64,000 nucleotides of DNA, taken from a bacterium. GTDB lineage: Bacteria; Hinthialibacterota; Hinthialibacteria; Hinthialibacterales; Hinthialibacteraceae. The notes under the pieces are model-generated. The model made no database searches and was not told the origin of the DNA. It saw nothing but the letters and a program-made list of their open reading frames with translations. The DNA lies in the NCBI GenBank assembly GCA_041946805.1, contig JBHGBC010000008.1:12004-76003 (forward strand), read 5' to 3'. The position numbers and the translations under genes are program-made. This document shows, piece by piece, positions 37,393 to 47,615 of the stretch (its first letter is position 1; each line of letters begins with the position of its first letter).

Positions 37393-37607
37393 GTTGCCAC
37401 CTCCAGAAGGATTTCCGCCCGCAGGATTCCGCGCAGGCAGGCGATCATGATTCTCCATGATGCCCGCGGGAGTTGTCAATGGATTGTTGAATATCCGGAG
37501 TGAACATCCGGGAGGGCGAGGGGAGGTGAAAAGGCCGGGCGTGGACGCGAAGGATTCCGCGCGGCGCGCTGATCCATCCCAGGGAACCGGCTCATAAGCA
37601 ATCCCGC

Positions 37608-40193
37608 TCACGCGTCGTGGTGGATTTCGGATTCCGGTGGCGCCGCCGCCAGGTCTTCCAATCCGGCCGGCGGTTCGTGTCCGGCGATTTCGTCCAAGAA
37701 ACCGGGAGGGACCGGCTCGACCGACAAGATTTCATACCGCCCCGTGTGCATGGGCAGTTCGACATCGACGATTTCACCCATTTGTCTGCCGTAAAACGTC
37801 TGTGCGAAGGGGGCCTGGTAGGAAAGGATGTTCCGGCTGGGATCGGATTCCCACGGCCCCAGCATGATGTACTCTTCCACCTTGTCCGCGCTGGAGGGCG
37901 AAACCCGGAAACGGGCGCCGAAGCCGATCCGCCCGGTGTCCACCTCGCCGAGCTCCACCGGCTTGGCCGTGTGCAGGCTTTCCTTGAGTTCCGCCGCCTG
38001 CGCGGCGAGGAGTTTCTGTTTGTCCTTGGCCGCGTGATATTCCGCGTTTTCGCGCAAATCCCCGTGTTTGCGGGCGGTCTCGATCTCCCGGACCACCTCG
38101 GGGAGTTCCACTTCGATCAGGCGGCGCAGCAAGGCCCGTTTCCGGTCGTAGGTGGCCTTGAGGCAGAGCAGACCCTCGGGCAGGGCCGGGCCTTCCGTGG
38201 CGGCCGCGGTGAACAGGTTGGGATACCGCGCCCGGACAATCGTGGTCAAATCCGCCGCGGTCCGCTGGTCGATGCCTTCGTTGGTGAGGGCGCGGCGGTA
38301 GATGGACTGCGCCACCGTCTCGTCCGCGTTCTGAATGTGAAGTTTGAAGAGGTTGTAATGGTTCCGGCGGATCAGTTCCCGCGCGTCGCCCGCCACCTTG
38401 CGCAAGCGGGCCGCCTCGTCCTTATCCCGCCGTTTGGCCTGGCTGGTCAGGTAATCGACCAGCAGCAGCAAGCGTTCGATCACCACCGCCGGGCTGATTT
38501 TCCCCTCGCACCAGTTCGTTCCCTCACCGGTGAGGATCCGGCCCCCCAGCCAAATAAAGGTATGCGGAAAGGTCCGGAAGTTGGCCAGCGCCTGCTCCAC
38601 GACCTCCAGAATGCAGGCCTGGCATCCCTCTTGCTCCAGGTCGCGGGCCAGTTCGTCACGGACCAACACGTCGGGTTCCAGCAGCAATGCCTGAAAGAGG
38701 CCCGGCCACTCGGCGGGATGCGCTTGCTTGATTTCCCGCGCGAAGAGCGCCTGGTGCGATTTGAACCGCAAGTGCTGCATGATGGCGCTCAGCCGGGTGA
38801 CATCGCGCAAGGCTTCGTCGAGGATCACCCGGTCCACGGATTCGATACCCGGGGCGTAGGCCTTCAGATCCTCGTTGGTGAACCACAATTCCACCCGCTC
38901 CGCCCGGCTGCGCCGCGAGGGAGCCATGGCCTGGATTTTCCGGGAAAAATGCTGGACCACGTACTCATGCAGATCGCCCTTCTTGGTGGTGCGCAGGTAG
39001 GTATAGATCTGATCGACCTTGTCGTGCGGAGCCTTGGTCTCATCGAAGCGCAGCAATAATTCCTCCTCGTCACTGACTTCCTGTTCCCGCAGGACGTACT
39101 TTTTCAACGCCCCGGCGCTCACCGCGATGAACTTTTCCCGCCGCAGCGCCGAACTGGTTTCGGACCACCAGGAAGTCCATTCGCGCACGTTGATCACCGC
39201 CGGAACCAGGTGCTCCTTGATTTCCTTGGCGGTCAGGGAGCCGCCATAACTTTTTAGCAGCAGTTTGATCAATCCGACGGGATTTTCGCGGAGCAAGGCC
39301 GTCAGTCCGCTGGGATTGATCACCCGTTGCACGCGGAAATCATCGGCGGAAAGCGGTTCGATCACCGTTTGGGCCAGTTCCACGTCCATGGCGTGGTCGC
39401 GCTTCTTCTGAAAGTTGATGACCACCCGCCGGTCCAGCATGTTCAGATCCTTGACCAGCCCGATCCCCCAATCCGGATGCCGCACATAGCAACCGGGCAG
39501 GAAATTCATGAACAACTCCACTTCCACCAATGCCTCGGGCAGGGGACGGTTGCCGCGGATGCCGGTGTAATCCAAGACCCGCTCCATCGAGCTGGATTCG
39601 GGGTGCAACTGCCGCAGGGTTTCGACCAGGGGTTCCCGCAAGGAGGGATCCTTGGGTGTGTACTCGAGGATCCGCCGGAGAAGGCGGAACCGGTTGGGCC
39701 AGTCCTTGCGCTCCTCGGTGGAAGGGAGAAGCATTTGCAGCAGCACGGAGGCCCGCTGGCGCTGCTTGATGCCGTTCAGGTGATCGGCGACGCGGAAAAA
39801 GAAATTGAGGTTTTGCGGCTCCAGTTCCACCATATCCAGCCACAGTTCCTCGATTTTGTCATACTGCCTTTCGGCGGTGGCGGCTTCGAGAGCGATCTCC
39901 AGGTGCCGGACCGCCTCCTTTTCATTCCCCATCTCCATAAAATATTGCGACAACCGTTGCGCGGTCTCCACGACCCGGTCCTTGAGTTCCAACAGACGCT
40001 CCAAGGCCCTTTCGTACTCCGCGTCTTTCCGTTGGAGGCGTTCCAAGGCCTGCGCCAACGCCCGCAGGAGGATGGGCGCATCCGGCTCGAATTGGAGACG
40101 ATCCCGGGCTTTTTCCGCCAGACCACACCAATTTTCGCTCTGGCGCAATTGGTTCAACTCTTCCATAAGGTGATCTAAGTCTTTCATTTCCAT
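37608..40193 (-). CDS. GreA/GreB-domain transcription factor with about 700-aa N-terminal extension
   Basis: The last about 150 aa read ARKHGDLRENAEYHAAKDKQKLL...GFGARFRV...YIMLGPWESDPSRNILSYQAPFAQTFYGRQMGEIVDVELP. This is the GreA coiled-coil tip plus the C-terminal globular domain. The rest is helical (TPR-like at the N-terminus). Confidence 0.85.
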   Translation of the reverse strand: MEMKDLDHLMEELNQLRQSENWCGLAEKARDRLQFEPDAPILLRALAQALERLQRKDAEYERALERLLELKDRVVETAQRLSQYFMEMGNEKEAVRHLEIALEAATAERQYDKIEELWLDMVELEPQNLNFFFRVADHLNGIKQRQRASVLLQMLLPSTEERKDWPNRFRLLRRILEYTPKDPSLREPLVETLRQLHPESSSMERVLDYTGIRGNRPLPEALVEVELFMNFLPGCYVRHPDWGIGLVKDLNMLDRRVVINFQKKRDHAMDVELAQTVIEPLSADDFRVQRVINPSGLTALLRENPVGLIKLLLKSYGGSLTAKEIKEHLVPAVINVREWTSWWSETSSALRREKFIAVSAGALKKYVLREQEVSDEEELLLRFDETKAPHDKVDQIYTYLRTTKKGDLHEYVVQHFSRKIQAMAPSRRSRAERVELWFTNEDLKAYAPGIESVDRVILDEALRDVTRLSAIMQHLRFKSHQALFAREIKQAHPAEWPGLFQALLLEPDVLVRDELARDLEQEGCQACILEVVEQALANFRTFPHTFIWLGGRILTGEGTNWCEGKISPAVVIERLLLLVDYLTSQAKRRDKDEAARLRKVAGDARELIRRNHYNLFKLHIQNADETVAQSIYRRALTNEGIDQRTAADLTTIVRARYPNLFTAAATEGPALPEGLLCLKATYDRKRALLRRLIEVELPEVVREIETARKHGDLRENAEYHAAKDKQKLLAAQAAELKESLHTAKPVELGEVDTGRIGFGARFRVSPSSADKVEEYIMLGPWESDPSRNILSYQAPFAQTFYGRQMGEIVDVELPMHTGRYEILSVEPVPPGFLDEIAGHEPPAGLEDLAAAPPESEIHHDA

Positions 40194-40414
40194 TGGTTTA
40201 AACCCATGGCCGGATCTCAGATGGTGAAACGGTTTTCAAACATCTTCCCGCCCCACCCAGGGATGAGGCAAAATGACATTTTAGCAGGAACCGGGCGTTC
40301 AGGCCACGGGCTTAGGCGCGGGGGTGTTTCCCTGGATTGAAACCTTGGGATGCCGGCAGACCGTTGCCCGAAGGGAGACATGTTTGAATGATTTGGGAGA
40401 TCTGGAGGTATACC

Positions 40415-40480
40415 GGAAGATGATTGCGCCCCGAAAAGTCTTTCCCTCACCCTGGCCTTCTCCCGGTGGAGAGGGAAACG
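40415..40480 (+). repeat. mosaic repeat, core hairpin with short left arm
   Basis: gaagatgattgcgccccgaaaagtctttccctcaccctggccttctcccggtggagagggaaacgg. Confidence 0.8.
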
Positions 40481-40626
40481 GATAGAAAACTAGGGCCAAG
40501 GATCTTGGATAATCCAATACAGGATCACATAGAGGCGAATGGGACATTCCTCCCGGATTGTTTCATCCCCCGATTCATGCTATAAGGCGCAATGCGGCTC
40601 AGGATGGCGGAAAGGAACATCGCATC

Positions 40627-41085
40627 GTGCCTGCCCGGCTGACTCACGACTATTTCATGCGGCTGGCCCTCAACCAGGCCCGTATCGCCGCCGCGTATGG
40701 AGACATTCCCGTGGGGGCGGTCGTAGTGCTGGATGGAGCCGTCATCGGCCGGGGACGGAACATGCGCGAATGCCGCCAGGATCCCGCCGCGCATGCCGAA
40801 ATCGAGGCCCTGCGGGACGCGGCCGCTCAAATCGGCCGCTGGCGGCTGAACGCGTGTTCGCTTTATTGCACGATGGAACCGTGCGTCATGTGCGCGGGCG
40901 CCCTCGTCCAGGCACAGGTTGGACACCTTTATTACGGCGCGTCCGATCCCAAGGCGGGCGGGGTGGAAAGCCTGTACCAGATTTTGGAAGACACCCGGCT
41001 CAATCACCAGGTGCTGGTTCATGCGGGAATCCTCCAGGAAGAATGCGAGCGGTTATTGAAAGATTTTTTTGAACGGTTACGATAA
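40627..41085 (+). CDS. tadA: tRNA-specific adenosine deaminase
   Basis: HAEIEALRDAA (zinc His/Glu) and PCVMCAGAL (Cys pair). The conserved DYFMRLAL block needs a start upstream of the ATG at 40657. GTG 40627 is chosen; ORF-track TTG 40558 is also possible. Confidence 0.88.
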   Translation: MPARLTHDYFMRLALNQARIAAAYGDIPVGAVVVLDGAVIGRGRNMRECRQDPAAHAEIEALRDAAAQIGRWRLNACSLYCTMEPCVMCAGALVQAQVGHLYYGASDPKAGGVESLYQILEDTRLNHQVLVHAGILQEECERLLKDFFERLR

Positions 41086-41129
41086 GAGTTCCCGGGCCTG
41101 CAAGGGACCGGATGACAAGAAACCTTTTC

Positions 41130-41219
41130 GGAGGGGTGGCCGAGAGGTCGAAGGCGCCCGCCTCGAAAGCGGGTATACGGGTAACCGTATCGTGGGTTCG
41201 AATCCCACCCCCTCCGCCA
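41130..41219 (+). tRNA. tRNA-Ser (anticodon CGA), CCA encoded
   Basis: GGAGGGG acceptor pairs with CCCCTCC. Anticodon stem CCCGC/GCGGG with loop CTCGAAA. Long variable arm TATACGGGTAACCGTATC. T-arm GTGGG-TTCGAAT-CCCAC. Discriminator G then CCA. Confidence 0.93.
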
Positions 41220-41224
41220 GGATC

Positions 41225-42775
41225 TTAATCGCCTTCCTTGTAACCCAACACTTCGATTTCGCGGTCCAGCAGCGCGAACCGCGCCTTGGTGATGAGATTC
41301 CGGACCAGGTACAGGCTGTTCATGATGGTGATCCGGGCGCCGGGCCAGACCTTTTCCCGCACGATGACGCCGGCGATGTCCTTTTTGCCTTCCTCGGCCT
41401 GCGTACCGCTGATCCGCGCTTCCTCTTGCAATTGCTGAATCTGGGTTTGTATCTGCAGGCCGGCCCGGATGATCTTCAAGCGGATCGCTTCTTTATCTTT
41501 GTCCAGTTTTCCCTGATCCCGCAGTTGGTTCAAGCTGGTGACCGCCAGCCGCAGCCGGTTGTAATTTTCCGTCAAGGTCCCGATCTGCATCAGAATCTGG
41601 TTCCGCTTTTCCAATTCCTTTTTCAGGTTCGCGCCGACGATCAGTTCGGTTTTCACCCCCAGTTCCGAACCGATCACTCCGGCGGAAATCCGTTTTTCCG
41701 CCTGGATCGTTCCCCCGACGATGACCGCCTTGGAGCCTTGCACGATGACCTCCCGCCCCGCCGTCACCGCCGAGTTCGTGATGGCGCCGTTCACGATGAC
41801 ATCGTTTCCCGCTTCTACCCGGGCGTTGCTGATGAACTTGACCACCACATCGCCCCCGGCCTTGATCACCGCCTTCTGGTTTCCCTGGATCCCCCCGTTG
41901 ATGAAAATGCTCCCCCCCGCTTCCAGTTCCGCTGCTTCCACCAGCCCGTTGATATGCAGATCCTGTCCTGCTTTCACCCGGAAGTCCGGCAGAACGCCGC
42001 CGGAAATCACCACGGACTCCCGGCATTCGATATGGCCGGTTTCCAGTGAGACATCACCCTGGACCTTGTAGATGGAGGTCACCGAGATTTTTTCCCCCTC
42101 CCGGCTGATCACGCCATCCAGGTTGGAAAAGAGCTCTTTTCCATCTTCACTGACACGGACGCCCTTGCCCGCCGGAAAGCGGGCTTCCTGGCCGGCGCCG
42201 GCAGGCAGTTCCTGGCCGTAGACGTTCATGCCCGATTCGCCCACGGTGGGGGGTATCAATCGTGCAAGTAGTTGATTTTCTTCGACTTGCAGAACGTGAT
42301 GTCTTTCTTTCCAATCCACCCGGCCCTTGCGTTCTTTCAGCTCGGCCCCCTCCAGGATCGACAAATCCACTTGCCAATCCACCCGGCCGTCCAAGCCATG
42401 GCAGGGGGATTTGCCCTTGGCCACGGGGAGGGGCTGATTGAAGCATTTCTCCCGGAAAATACGCTCGAGTTGGCTTCGGTCGATGCCAAAAACGACCTTG
42501 TTCTGGTGAAGGTAGCGTTCCAGATCCTCGGGCGTGTAACGATCCGCATAGGCAGCGTCCAGCTGCAGACTGGCCGACATCTGGCTGGCGGAAACCTCCA
42601 GGCTCAGGCCATCACCCCAGTTGAACACCGGCGGCGCTTTTCCTTGGCTTCGGGCCGAGGATCCGGCCGGAGAGCGGGAAGATCCGCCGTCCTTCCGGTC
42701 CGCAGGCAGATGCACATCGTTCATCCGATTTTGGCCCTGAAAATCCCGGATTCGGGAAGATTCACGGGAGGACAC
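41225..42775 (-). CDS. FapA-family (DUF342) protein
   Basis: N-terminal domain ...LERYLHQNKVVFGIDRSQL.... A beta-helical run of GG(I/V)..N..V.AGGDV-type repeats, then a C-terminal coiled coil. GTG start preceded by GGAGG. Confidence 0.8.
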   Translation of the reverse strand: MSSRESSRIRDFQGQNRMNDVHLPADRKDGGSSRSPAGSSARSQGKAPPVFNWGDGLSLEVSASQMSASLQLDAAYADRYTPEDLERYLHQNKVVFGIDRSQLERIFREKCFNQPLPVAKGKSPCHGLDGRVDWQVDLSILEGAELKERKGRVDWKERHHVLQVEENQLLARLIPPTVGESGMNVYGQELPAGAGQEARFPAGKGVRVSEDGKELFSNLDGVISREGEKISVTSIYKVQGDVSLETGHIECRESVVISGGVLPDFRVKAGQDLHINGLVEAAELEAGGSIFINGGIQGNQKAVIKAGGDVVVKFISNARVEAGNDVIVNGAITNSAVTAGREVIVQGSKAVIVGGTIQAEKRISAGVIGSELGVKTELIVGANLKKELEKRNQILMQIGTLTENYNRLRLAVTSLNQLRDQGKLDKDKEAIRLKIIRAGLQIQTQIQQLQEEARISGTQAEEGKKDIAGVIVREKVWPGARITIMNSLYLVRNLITKARFALLDREIEVLGYKEGD

Positions 42776-42968
42776 AGCTTCCTCCCCCCGGATTCATGTA
42801 AATTACAATTCAATCATAGCAATTTAGTGCTTGTATAAACGCAAGGGATTGATATGATATTTATGGCTAATGGAAAGAAATCATCTTATTATTCGATCAT
42901 ATCATACGATAATTCTAGTGTACATACGGGTTCGCAGAAACATCGTGTGACTCCTGGAGATCGGGTCA

Positions 42969-43760
42969 ATGAGGGTCATTTCCACGAGAATCATCCCGGG
43001 ATTGCTTTGCACCGGCTTCCTTTTCGCTTCCTGCGCCTCCAAGGAAATCACTCAGTTACAGCAATCCGTTCAAAATCTGGAACGCCGGGTGTACCGGTAT
43101 CAACAAGACGCCAGTCAGGAGACCGCCCAGACGACTTCGACGCTCTCGGAAGTGAACCAGACGATCAACCAATCGTTCCGGGATCTCCGCAACGCCCAGT
43201 CCAGCCTGGAGAGCCAGGCGGCCCAAACCGCCGGCCGGGTGGACCGGATGGAACGCGCGATTTCCCGGTTGGAGGAGAAAACCCGGAGCCTGGACACGTT
43301 TTCCACCGACAGTTACGCCACGCTGTCCCAGCAACTGACTCAGACTCAGGAAAGCTTGCAGAGCCAATCTCAGCAAGAATTGCGCGCCATGCAAAACGAA
43401 GTGGCCGCGCTGGCGGCTGCCGTCAAGGAGCTGCGTTCCGAACAATCCCGGACCCAGGCATCCCTGCGCGGCCTGGAAAATCAAGTTTCCTCCATGGAGG
43501 AAGAAAACCGCAAGATTTACCGCCAGATCCTGCAAGAACTGGGCGTCAAAGTCCCCGAGCCGGAAGCCACCACGTCAGGCCAGGCGGCTCCGGCCGGTCC
43601 GGTGGAGGATTCGGGGAACACGCATACGATCCAAAAAGGAGAAACGCTGTCCACCATCGCAACCAAGTACGGCGTGAGGGTTCAGGATTTACAGACACTC
43701 AACGGGATCCAGGATCCTTCCAAGATCCGGCTGGGCCAACGCCTTAAAATCCCCAAATAG
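42969..43760 (+). CDS. coiled-coil protein (probable lipoprotein) with C-terminal LysM domain
   Basis: Leader ...GFLFASCAS. A long Gln/Glu/Leu-rich heptad region. C-terminal HTIQKGETLSTIATKYGVRVQDLQTLNGIQDPSKIRLGQRLKIP is a LysM domain. Confidence 0.82.
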   Translation: MRVISTRIIPGLLCTGFLFASCASKEITQLQQSVQNLERRVYRYQQDASQETAQTTSTLSEVNQTINQSFRDLRNAQSSLESQAAQTAGRVDRMERAISRLEEKTRSLDTFSTDSYATLSQQLTQTQESLQSQSQQELRAMQNEVAALAAAVKELRSEQSRTQASLRGLENQVSSMEEENRKIYRQILQELGVKVPEPEATTSGQAAPAGPVEDSGNTHTIQKGETLSTIATKYGVRVQDLQTLNGIQDPSKIRLGQRLKIPK

Positions 43761-43951
43761 CCATAGCGCCGGAAATGGAGCGTCCCCCCCATCGAGGCGT
43801 TACGCGGCGCCCGGATTTTTCGTAGTAATGCATTACGGATGGTCCAAGCCAGGGAGTCCCATGGAGCCGGTGGGAAGGGGGGGACGGCATAATCTCCGTA
43901 GCGGCGGCGGATTGCCAACCAGTCATTCACGAGGGAAAGGGGCAAACGACA

Positions 43952-44740
43952 TTGTTCAATGGTTCCATGGTCTCACTGATACTCATCAATCAACGTGGAG
44001 GCGTGTTTCAACATCTCATCAATAGTTCGATTCTCGCGCTGGCCATTTACCTGGCCCTCCTGGTCCTTTCCATTCTTTCCTGGGGAATCATGATCAAGAA
44101 GTTCGCCGATTTCCGCAAGGAACGCAAGCAATCCCGGGAATTCCGCCGCTTGTTCAACGAATTGGAAGGCAATATCGTGGCTCTGTCCCAGGAGGGCATC
44201 CTGCCCGCCAACAGCCCCGCCCGGTTGTTCGTTTCCGCCTACGAGGAATTGCGGTTGTGGGCCACGCTGGACCGCGACCAGAACCGGATCATTGCCGAGC
44301 GGCCGGTGGTGCCCGCCCTGGAGCGGACCCTGGACCGGGCCATCGAGATGGAAAAAGACCGCTGGGAGCGGGGAACGACGTTTTTAGCCACCATCGCCAG
44401 CGTTTCGCCCCTGTTGGGGCTGTTGGGAACGGTATGGGGAGTGTTCCTCTCGTTCCAGGAGATGGGCGCGGTGGGGGCCACGAGCCTGGAGACCGTCGCG
44501 CCGGGGATTTCGGAAGCGTTGTTGACCACGGTGGGCGGGTTGCTGGTGGCCATTCCGGCCGTGTTCGCCCATAACTGGATTCTGCGCGCGGTGCGGAGCA
44601 TCGAGACGCAATTGGAAACGTTCGCCAGCGAAATCATCAATCACTTTGACCGGCAAATCGTCGTGGGCGCGTTCAGCAACACGACCCGCCTCTCCGCCCC
44701 CCGGCCGGTCAGCCGGAGGAGAACCGGTGGCCCTGCGTAA
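43952..44740 (+). CDS. tolQ: MotA/TolQ/ExbB proton-channel protein
   Basis: Three TM segments. Conserved ...LATIASVSPLLGLLGTVWGV...APGISEALLTTVGGLLVAIPA. TTG start at 43952 (alternative ATG 43967). Confidence 0.88.
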   Translation: MFNGSMVSLILINQRGGVFQHLINSSILALAIYLALLVLSILSWGIMIKKFADFRKERKQSREFRRLFNELEGNIVALSQEGILPANSPARLFVSAYEELRLWATLDRDQNRIIAERPVVPALERTLDRAIEMEKDRWERGTTFLATIASVSPLLGLLGTVWGVFLSFQEMGAVGATSLETVAPGISEALLTTVGGLLVAIPAVFAHNWILRAVRSIETQLETFASEIINHFDRQIVVGAFSNTTRLSAPRPVSRRRTGGPA

Positions 44741-45140
44741 GATTCGGTACCGTAAAGAAGCCCTGGCCGATGTGAACATGACCAACCTCATTGACATCAT
44801 GATGGTGTTGCTCATCGTATTCATCCTGGTGTCCAATTTTGTCCAAACCGGCTTGAACATCCGCGTCCCCCAGGTCAGCTACGTCGAAGCCATGGGCAAG
44901 GAGCAAATCGTCGTCAGCGTGGATCCCAACGGGCGGAAGACGCTCAACGGCCAGCCGGTGAACGAAACCGACCTGCCGGCCAAGCTGACCGAGTTGAAAA
45001 ACAAATTCCCCGAGGAGGCCTTGTTCATCAACGCGGACAAGCTGACTTCCTTCGGTGACGTGGCCGAGGTGATCGCCGTTTCCGCCAAGGTCGGCTTCCA
45101 GTCGGTCAATATTCCAGCCATCTACAAGCCCCGGAGTTGA
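44727..45140 (+). CDS. tolR: ExbD/TolR family protein
   Basis: GTG at 44727 follows GGAGGA and overlaps the tolQ end. The product VALRKIRYRKEALADVNMTNLIDIMMVLLIVFIL has the conserved Asp-containing TM segment. The longer ORF-track start lies inside tolQ. Confidence 0.85.
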   Translation: MALRKIRYRKEALADVNMTNLIDIMMVLLIVFILVSNFVQTGLNIRVPQVSYVEAMGKEQIVVSVDPNGRKTLNGQPVNETDLPAKLTELKNKFPEEALFINADKLTSFGDVAEVIAVSAKVGFQSVNIPAIYKPRS

Positions 45141-45162
45141 ATTTGCGGAGGAAGTCCGTCAC

Positions 45163-46035
45163 ATGAACGACCGGACGGCGTATATCGTCTCCACCATCCT
45201 GCACCTCGCGGTATTTCTGTACCTGACGGTCAACCTGCGCTCCCACTATCAATATAGGCCGGGCTCCTACATCTCCATGAACATCGCCCAAGCGCAATCC
45301 GCTCCGGGGCGGCTCACGACTCCACCGCCCGCCCCGAAAAAACCGGAGCCCGAACCCGAATCCGAGCCCGAGCCCCCCAAGCCGCAAAAAATTGAGAAGA
45401 AACCTCCCAAGCTCACCGAGGACACGATCAGCCAATTGCGGGAAAAATTGAGCAGCACGCCGACCAAAAAGCCCACGGTGAAGCCCACGGACAAGAATAC
45501 TCCGACCCCCCGGCCGACCCCCCGGCCGACGCCGCCTCCCAAGCGTACGCCGACGCCCCGCCCCGCGGGGGAACAGCCGACCCCCACGCCGGACCTCCCC
45601 CGCATCCCCTTGTCGGAAATCGAGTCACAGGTCCCGGCGCCGGCGGACAATGCCGCGGCGCCGGGAGTCAGCGGCGCGCCCATCGGCTCCGGCACGGGTG
45701 AGTACATGACCCAGATTTTCGGCGATCCGAATGCCCCGCACGATTTCACCGGCTATGCCATGATACTCAACAAGCAGTTGTACCGGGCCTGGCTGCAGCC
45801 AACCATCCGGCCGCCCGAATACCGCGATTTCATCACCGTGGTTTCGTTTGCCGTCTATCAGGACGGCAGCATCAGCGATATCTTCTTGGAAGAGAGTTCC
45901 GGATGGCCGGCGCTGGATAAGTCCGTCCTGGAGGCCGTGCAACGCGCCAGCCCCCTGGAACGGCTGCCGATGACATACACCGCTTCCAGCGTGCGCGTGC
46001 TGGTGCCTTTTATCATGCCCAAGAAGACCTATTGA
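45163..46035 (+). CDS. TonB C-terminal-domain protein in the TolA position
   Basis: N-terminal TM anchor, a Pro-rich spacer (KPTDKNTPTPRPTPRPTPPPKRTPTPRP) and a C-terminal TonB_C-like fold (...VVSFAVYQDGSISDIFLEESSGWPALDKSVLEAV...). Confidence 0.8.
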   Translation: MNDRTAYIVSTILHLAVFLYLTVNLRSHYQYRPGSYISMNIAQAQSAPGRLTTPPPAPKKPEPEPESEPEPPKPQKIEKKPPKLTEDTISQLREKLSSTPTKKPTVKPTDKNTPTPRPTPRPTPPPKRTPTPRPAGEQPTPTPDLPRIPLSEIESQVPAPADNAAAPGVSGAPIGSGTGEYMTQIFGDPNAPHDFTGYAMILNKQLYRAWLQPTIRPPEYRDFITVVSFAVYQDGSISDIFLEESSGWPALDKSVLEAVQRASPLERLPMTYTASSVRVLVPFIMPKKTY

Positions 46036-46193
46036 GGCGCCGGCGGCGCTCCGGGGGAAATCCCCCGTAAAATACGCCCCGGGACTGCACCGGCAATTGC
46101 ACCGGTTTACGGTCCCCTGCTACAATGGAACTTGTAAATGACCGCATTCAATCAACTCGATTGCATTTCACCACGACAGAAGGTTGAGGGAAA

Positions 46194-47615
46194 ATGATGA
46201 AACGGATCCTGATATTGTGGCTGGCCGTCACTGGTGGTTTCAGCGCCCTGGCCCTGGCTCCGGCCCCCGCCCCGGCCGGGGAATCGACCTTGTCCATCCC
46301 CCCGATCATGGGCGGGCTCGAGAAGCCCAAGATGCTGATCGTCCAACCGGCGGTCCGCGAGCCGTTCGCCGGGCAGGAACAAACCGTGCAGGAGCTCAAC
46401 GAGTTGTTCCTCTTCGATCTGGGCTTTTCCGATGCGTTCCGGGTGTTCGCGGAAACCCCGCCGGCCGCCTTCCTCCAGCGGCAGGACGTGGAACGCAACA
46501 ACATCTCGTACGAGGATTGGCGGCGCCTCGATGTCAACGGGGTGATGATGGACTACATCGTGAAAAGCGAACTGGTTCCCCGCGGCCCGGGCGTCTTCGA
46601 GCTCGACCTGATGGTGTACGATCTGGTTGACGGCGTCCGGGTCATCGGCAGGGCCTACGGCGGGCCGCCCCATGAGCCCTTCGCCCGCAAGAACCTCCGC
46701 CGCGCCGGCCACAAGGCCACGGCCGAGATCATCTCCAGCCTGACCCAAGGCCAGGTGAAGCCCATCACCGAAACCCGCTTCGCGTTCGTCAATTCCAACA
46801 CCGCCAAGAAAATCAAGGAAATCTTCGTGATCGACTACGACGGATGGAAAGACAGCGTCCAGCAGATCACCTTCTTCAACTCCGTGACCAATTTCCCCGA
46901 CTGGTCCCCCGACGGCAACGAACTGGCCTATATCTCCTTCAAAAACAACTGGCCGGACGTGTTCGTTCACAACTTGGCCCAGGGGAAAGTGGTTCCCGCC
47001 GCGCAGTTCAAGGGGACCAACAACACACCCCGCTGGCTGCCGGACGGGCGCAATCTCATCTTCTCCATGTCCGCGTACGGCAATCCCGAGCTGAGCATCA
47101 TTCCCAAGGAAGGCACCAAACAGCCCCGGCGGCTGACCAACAACAACTGGCCGGAAGTGTCCCCCGACGTGTCGCCGGACGGGGCGCGGGTCGCCTTCGT
47201 CTCCAACCGCGTGGGGAGTCCGCAGATTTACATCATGGATATGGACGGATCCAACACGCAGCGCATTTCCTACGTCGAGCGGAAATGCGAATCCCCCTTC
47301 TGGTCGCCGGTCCCCGTGGGCGGCGAATACCGGATCGCCTTCTCGGGCTACTATGACAACCTTCAAAGCGACATCTATACCGTCCGCCCGGACGGATCGG
47401 ACCTGCAGATGCTCACCGAGGGCAAATTCGAGAACCTGAATCCGACCTGGTCGCCCGACGGCCAGTACATCGCTTTTTCATCGAACCGGCTGGGGAAGCA
47501 CGAGATCTTCATCATGCCCAGCGACCCCACCCGGCTGCTGCCCGACGGAAAGAAGTATTACCGCGTCACCAGCCTGGCGGGAGAGAATGTCGCGCCGTCC
47601 TGGTCGCCGAATTAA
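46194..47615 (+). CDS. tolB: Tol-Pal system beta-propeller protein TolB
   Basis: Signal peptide, a TolB N-terminal domain, then repeated PD40 blades (PDWSPDGNELAY, PRWLPDGRNLIF, PDVSPDGARVAF, PTWSPDGQYIAF, PSWSPN). Confidence 0.92.
   Translation: MMKRILILWLAVTGGFSALALAPAPAPAGESTLSIPPIMGGLEKPKMLIVQPAVREPFAGQEQTVQELNELFLFDLGFSDAFRVFAETPPAAFLQRQDVERNNISYEDWRRLDVNGVMMDYIVKSELVPRGPGVFELDLMVYDLVDGVRVIGRAYGGPPHEPFARKNLRRAGHKATAEIISSLTQGQVKPITETRFAFVNSNTAKKIKEIFVIDYDGWKDSVQQITFFNSVTNFPDWSPDGNELAYISFKNNWPDVFVHNLAQGKVVPAAQFKGTNNTPRWLPDGRNLIFSMSAYGNPELSIIPKEGTKQPRRLTNNNWPEVSPDVSPDGARVAFVSNRVGSPQIYIMDMDGSNTQRISYVERKCESPFWSPVPVGGEYRIAFSGYYDNLQSDIYTVRPDGSDLQMLTEGKFENLNPTWSPDGQYIAFSSNRLGKHEIFIMPSDPTRLLPDGKKYYRVTSLAGENVAPSWSPN

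Noticed and set aside
36643-37611. Maximal ORF-track extents with long N-terminal extensions: 36643..37611, 49262..52678, 27748..29280, 44646..45140, 53533..53916, 5017..6036 and 6783..7583
   Set aside because: The extensions overlap upstream genes or encode low-complexity sequence ahead of an obvious signal peptide or RBS-associated start. Shorter starts were adopted.
45470-45600. Tandem DNA repeat encoding TPTPRPTPRPTPPPKRTPTPRP in the TolA-position gene
   Set aside because: This is an ordinary Pro-rich periplasm-spanning linker of TonB/TolA proteins, not an independent feature.
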